From Proteromonas lacertae (Eukaryota), in the NCBI GenBank assembly GCA_002245135.1, contig NGBS01000652.1, positions 1 through 35,496 of the forward strand: a DNA stretch of 35,496 bases, in the 5' to 3' direction. Positions 32,965-35,496 of the stretch are shown piece after piece. The position numbers and the translations under genes were made by a program. Each line of letters starts with the position of its first letter. The first letter of the stretch is position 1. A model generated the notes under the pieces. It had not been told where the DNA came from. It made no database searches and saw only the letters and a list, made by a program, of their open reading frames with translations.

Positions 32965-35250
32965 ATGAATTGGGATTCAGGTGAGATTTATTATTCAGAT
33001 CAGCATTTAGTAGATGCTAGCGAATCATCTACTTTAGAACCTTTACAAGCTCAAACAAAGTTTCAAGAGTTTTTAAGGGATTATCGTGAAAATAATGTTT
33101 ATATATACCGGTATATTTAAGTATAATTATATGTTCTTTTACTAGAAAATCATTATTGGAAAATTTCAACAGAGGTGAATATTTTGTAGAAATTGATTTA
33201 GCTCATTTAGGAATATTCAACAATATTCTACTTGATGTATTACAGAGAGAGCCAAATTCTTATTTACCACAAGTACATCATATATAATGTTTATTTGTTC
33301 TTAATAGTTTGAAATTGCAGCTCAAAAAGTAGTGGAAGATGAATTAAATGTAGAAAATTCTCCCTCAATCAATGTATTATTAAAAAGTTCTCAAAGTTCA
33401 GTTTCAATCCGATCATTAAATGTATAAATGAAATGAATTTTAATATTATATATATAAATAGGCAAATCATGTGAATAAACTAGTGAGTATTTCAGGATTA
33501 ATAATCAGTGCATCTCGTTCAAGACCAAAAAGCTATCAAAGTTGCAATACGTTGTTCAAATTGTAATTATTTAAAGTATATTCCAGTTCCATCTGCATTT
33601 GGAAATGTTCAATTACCTCGAAGATGTGATCGTCCTAGAAATGAAAATGAACAAGAATGTCCACTTGATCCATTTGTAATAGTAAGTGATAGAAGTGTTT
33701 ATGTTGATCAACAAAGTTTAAAGTTACAAGAAATTCCTGAAGAAGTTCCAACAGGTGAAATACCTCGTCATATTTTATTAAGTGTGAATAGATATTTAGT
33801 TGATAAAGTCAGTCCAGGATGTAGAGTAAAGATATTAGGTATTTCCAATGTGTTTAATGGTAAAGACACTTCAGTTAATGGAATTGGAATTAGAACTCCG
33901 TATATGAATGTTGTTGGATTGAAATTAGAAAATGAAGGAAGAGGTAGAAGTGATGTTAATTTTACAAGTGAAGAAGAAAATGAATTTCTTCGAATGTCTA
34001 AAGATAAAGATATTTATGAAAAATTATGGAAATCAATAGCTCCTCAAATTAGTGGTTCTTATACTGTTGATATGAAGAAAGCAATTTGTTGTTTGTTATT
34101 TGGTGGAAGTAGAAAAGTTTTACCTGATGGAATGAAATTGAGAGGTGATGTGAATGTGTTATTTTTAGGAGATCCATCAACAGCTAAAAGTCAATTCTTG
34201 AAATTTGTAGAAAAAATAGCTCCAATTGGTATATATACAAGTGGTAAAGGAAGTTCAGCCGCTGGTTTAACAGCAAGTGTAATAAAAGATAGTAATGGTG
34301 AATTCTATTTAGAAGGTGGTGCAATGGTATTAGGTGATGGAGGTGTAGTTTGTATAGATGAATTTGATAAAATGAGAGAAAGTGATCGAGTAGCAATCCA
34401 TGAAGCAATGGAACAACAAACAATATCAGTAGCAAAAGCTGGAATAACCACAATATTAAATAGTCGAAGTAGTATATTAGCTGCAGCAAATCCAGTTTAT
34501 GGAAGATATGATGATAGTAAAAGTAGTAGTGAAAATATCGATTTTCTACCAACAATTCTAAGTCGATTTGATTTAATCTTTATAGTTCGAGATATTCGAA
34601 ATGAAGAAAGAGATAAAAATATGGCTCATCATATAATCAACATTCATTTAAATATGAATATGAATAATAATGGTGTAAATGATAATAACAATGAAAATGG
34701 AATAATAAGTAATGAATTATTAAAGAAATATATAAATTACTGTCGACATAATTGTGCCTCCTCGTTTGGAGTAATGAAGGAATGGAAGAATTAAAAAATT
34801 ATTATGTAAAAATCCGTGAAGATGTTCGAATAGAGCTAATGCTGAAGGAAGTGCCAATCCTTCAATTCCAATAACAATTCGTCAATTAGAAGCAATAATT
34901 CGAATAAGTGAAAGTTTAGCTAAGATGAGTTTAAATATGAATGCTAGTGTAGAGAATGTGAAAGAAGCGATGAGATTATTTAATGAAAGTACAATGAATG
35001 CATGTCGAAGTGGTTTAGTATTAATGAGTGATAATTTAAGTGATGATTTAAAGAAACAGATAGAGAAAGCTGAGAATAGTATAAATCGTCGATTAAGTGT
35101 TGGTTCAATCGTAGTAGTTGATAAATTGATAAGAGAGTTAGAGAATATAGGTTTAAATGGTTATGCAGTTCGTCGTGCTATTCAATTGTTGATAAGTAAA
35201 GGAGATTATATAAATCAAAATCAACGAAAACAATGAAAAGATTAAAGTGA
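32965..35250 (+). CDS. MCM5: DNA replication licensing factor MCM5; 4 exons, five apparent single-base indels
   Basis: Introns 33111-33145, 33273-33307, 33422-33461. Zn finger [32 protein letters not shown], Walker [21 protein letters not shown]. Confidence 0.93.
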
Positions 35251-35496
35251 AAAATTGTAGTTTATTATTTGATTAATTTTGAATATTTGTATTATTTTGA
35301 TATATAGTCATACATATGCTTATATTACCTTCAGAGTGAGTATTTCACTTTAGATAGTAATTAACTCATCTCCATACATCTTTAAAATAATTATTTTATC
35401 TAACTAATTGATAAATATATTGATTATTGATTATAAGATGGAAATAAAGCAAAAAAATGAATTTCAATTTCAGAATGTTCTAGAAATTTCTTCATT

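Overview
Very AT-rich eukaryotic genomic DNA with tiny GT-AG introns (29-50 nt where I could place them). Intron size, a Sig1/Ocm1-type EGF protein and one TGTTTGTT motif suggest a stramenopile protist, plausibly a Blastocystis-like organism (inference). Clearly intact genes: dihydrolipoamide dehydrogenase (6613-8076), a mastigoneme-like EGF protein with a ~1100-aa three-repeat insertion (17637-21575), a 7-exon pseudokinase-LRR gene (26575-28908) and a 4-exon CaMKK-like kinase fused to a PP2C phosphatase (29047-32863). MCM5 (32965-35250) carries homopolymer indels that look like sequencing errors. Frameshifted genes: a membrane protein with an RGS domain, a Q/N-rich unknown and a Crinkler-like tandem NTPase. 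10911-15565 is a transposon nest. It holds ~250-bp inverted repeats, each centred on a 52-bp palindrome, around integrase and Harbinger fragments, plus a TAA-flanked mini-element interrupted by a pogo element. 15579-26328 is a mosaic of partial copies of the genes at 26.2-35.5 kb. All calls come from reading the sequence and ORF track by eye; no searches were run.
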